This document shows, piece by piece, positions 63,326 through 64,000 of a DNA stretch of 64,000 nt (its first letter is position 1; every line of letters begins with the position of its first letter). Source of the DNA: Camelus ferus (Eukaryota); the NCBI RefSeq assembly GCF_009834535.1, contig NC_045696.1:81036001-81100000 (forward strand). Reading direction: 5' to 3'. The position numbers and the translations under genes are program-made. Below the pieces are notes generated by a model. That model did not search any database. It was not told where the DNA came from and saw only the letters and a program-made list of their open reading frames with translations.

Positions 63326-64000
63326 TTTGGGCCATGTTTTAGTCTCTGAAGGTTTTGTAGGTCATTTTGGAAATCACCAGAGTTCCCCAAATACATTGAG
63401 GTAACAGAATACAGAAGAGCTACCCAAAAGTATGCATATTTCTAAAATTTAATAATCTTGTTCCTTTCTCTGTCCCACATAGGAACACTCAATGGAATTA
63501 CAGAATCTTAGAATTGGAAAGCAAGTGAGAGGTGGCCTAGTCTGACTGCTCTGTTACAGAGATGAGAAAGCTAAGCTCAGAGCCTCACTTCCCAGGATTG
63601 TGCAGCTGGGTAGTGACCAAACCCATGGCCTCTTTTTCTCCCAGGGCTTGATTTCCACCGGCTTATCCTCTCAGAGAGGGAGCAGTTCTTAGAAATGAGG
63701 CTCAGTTGCTGAAGGAAAGATGCTTTGTATATTGTTTGCCTCTGGCTGAAATCTATCTGGAGTGACATTCTGGAACTAGGTCATTGTAATTCTTTGGGAT
63801 ATGCTATGTGGCCTTGGAGAAAGCTTGCCGTGCAAAACATTTTGATTATAGGAAGGGGGTGCATGAGACCCCAGCAAAGGCAGTGGTCTTGGAGATGGCC
63901 ACAAAGGATATTAGTAGTAAAAGAAAGATAATTGTTGAAGCTCAGCAAGCAGTCTGATTTCAGTAAAGTAGAATGTGGAATGTTTCAGAGCCTGATGATC

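Larger units (their letters stand above)
33543..64000 (+). other. TNIK: TNIK intron 1 (5' part, continues past the window end)
   Basis: Starts with GTGAGC. The expected exon 2 peptide ([22 protein letters not shown]) was not seen downstream, and the region is repeat-rich and noncoding. Confidence 0.85.

Noticed and set aside
1..64000. CRISPR array, operon or other prokaryote-type system
   Set aside because: The sequence is mammalian, and I saw no repeat-spacer array or gene cluster.

Overview
Mammalian genomic DNA, most likely camelid (alpaca, llama or camel). The species inference rests on three copies of a tRNA-derived SINE of the Vic-1 type and on lineage-type L1 3' ends. The only protein-coding sequence I can support is the 57-nt first coding exon of TNIK (MASDSPARSLDEIDLSALR, 33486-33542, + strand), which lies in a CpG island. 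Bases ~1-32200 are upstream intergenic DNA, and 33543-64000 is the start of the long intron 1; exon 2 is not in the window. The rest is mostly interspersed repeats (L1, L2, MIR, MaLR/ERVL LTRs, hAT and Tigger DNA transposons, SINEs) and microsatellites, and nearly all ORFs in the supplied track are spurious. I found no new multi-gene system. The best leads are a perfect 22-bp hairpin carrying two AP-1 sites in intron 1, a TNIK 5' leader with a G-quadruplex, a uORF and a kappaB-like site, a posterior-HOX/CDX motif cluster, and a possible poison exon beside an ancient SINE fragment. Repeat subfamily names come from recalled consensus sequences, and repeat boundaries are approximate unless TSDs are given.
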